A stretch of 64,000 bases of DNA from Takakia lepidozioides (taxonomy: Eukaryota > Plantae > Bryophyta): positions 45,136,001 through 45,200,000 of the forward strand of contig CM060732.1 in the NCBI GenBank assembly GCA_030704615.1, given 5' to 3'. The notes beneath the pieces are model-generated. The model did not search any database. It saw only the letters and a program-made list of their open reading frames with translations, and was not told the DNA's origin. Shown one piece after another: positions 63,682-64,000 of this stretch. How positions within the stretch are numbered: the first letter of the stretch is position 1; each line of letters begins with the position of its first letter. The position numbers were made by a program, and so were the translations under genes.

Positions 63682-63984
63682 CTGCACATACACCGAATAT
63701 TTAGAACGTGCAAAAATGTCCAGCAGAAGTATGACCCACCTACTGAGAAGAGTGTGCAGTTTCCAAAGTGCAAGGGAGCTTACCTGCACAAGGCACTTCA
63801 TAAAGTTTCTTCATTCTTTTCTTTCAATTCATCAGGTGCGCAGTTGTACTGGGAAAAGCTATACCCACAAAAAATGAGTAATTACTCCCCTGTCTAAATG
63901 TTCGTTCACTTGCTACATCATTCAAGGATTTTCAGAGTTCTAGGGGTAGCAGGATCTGCTTGGTTGTTGACAGGTTGCATAATT

Positions 63985-64000
63985 GTACTCATAAGACGTT
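63985..64000 (-). mobile_element. LINE family B 3' terminus at the window edge
   Basis: TGTACTCATAAGACGTT is identical to 34738-34754. Confidence 0.6.

Noticed and set aside
1-64000. Most of the short six-frame ORFs
   Set aside because: They are antisense or off-frame shadows of exons, PPR relics and TEs, or chance ORFs in introns. The real genes here are spliced.

Overview
Intron-rich eukaryotic nuclear DNA from a land plant. The PLS-DYW PPR style and the LINE types suggest a non-seed plant, but the taxon cannot be fixed from sequence alone. 1-25.6 kb is a rearranged accessory zone. It holds two PLS-class PPR pseudogenes (one with a broken DYW domain), a recent ~2.5 kb direct duplication plus a ~4.4 kb inverted duplication, Copia/Gypsy/hAT relics, an intact dormancy/auxin-repressed (DRM/ARP) gene and an orphan 3' end of dihydroorotate dehydrogenase. 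26-51 kb is genic: RUS5-like (+), a 5'-truncated LINE RT, a DUF3082-type membrane protein (-) and an EDR2-like PH-START-DUF1336 gene (-). 51-60 kb is mostly degenerate repeat DNA, and a second, diverged RUS5-like paralog (-) runs off the right edge. Main observations: (1) the DRM gene carries two alternative last exons matching the two C-terminal types found in separate angiosperm DRM clades, and a perfect 22-bp palindrome covers the proximal acceptor. (2) A four-copy dispersed element keeps a GNRA/loop-E-type RNA fold by compensatory changes. (3) Very short LINE 3' ends from two families are scattered through introns and stack on each other. (4) An inverted PPR fragment sits inside a PPR pseudogene. 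(5) The two RUS paralogs differ by one precise intron. All alignments and folds were done by eye, and family assignments rest on remembered motifs, not database searches.
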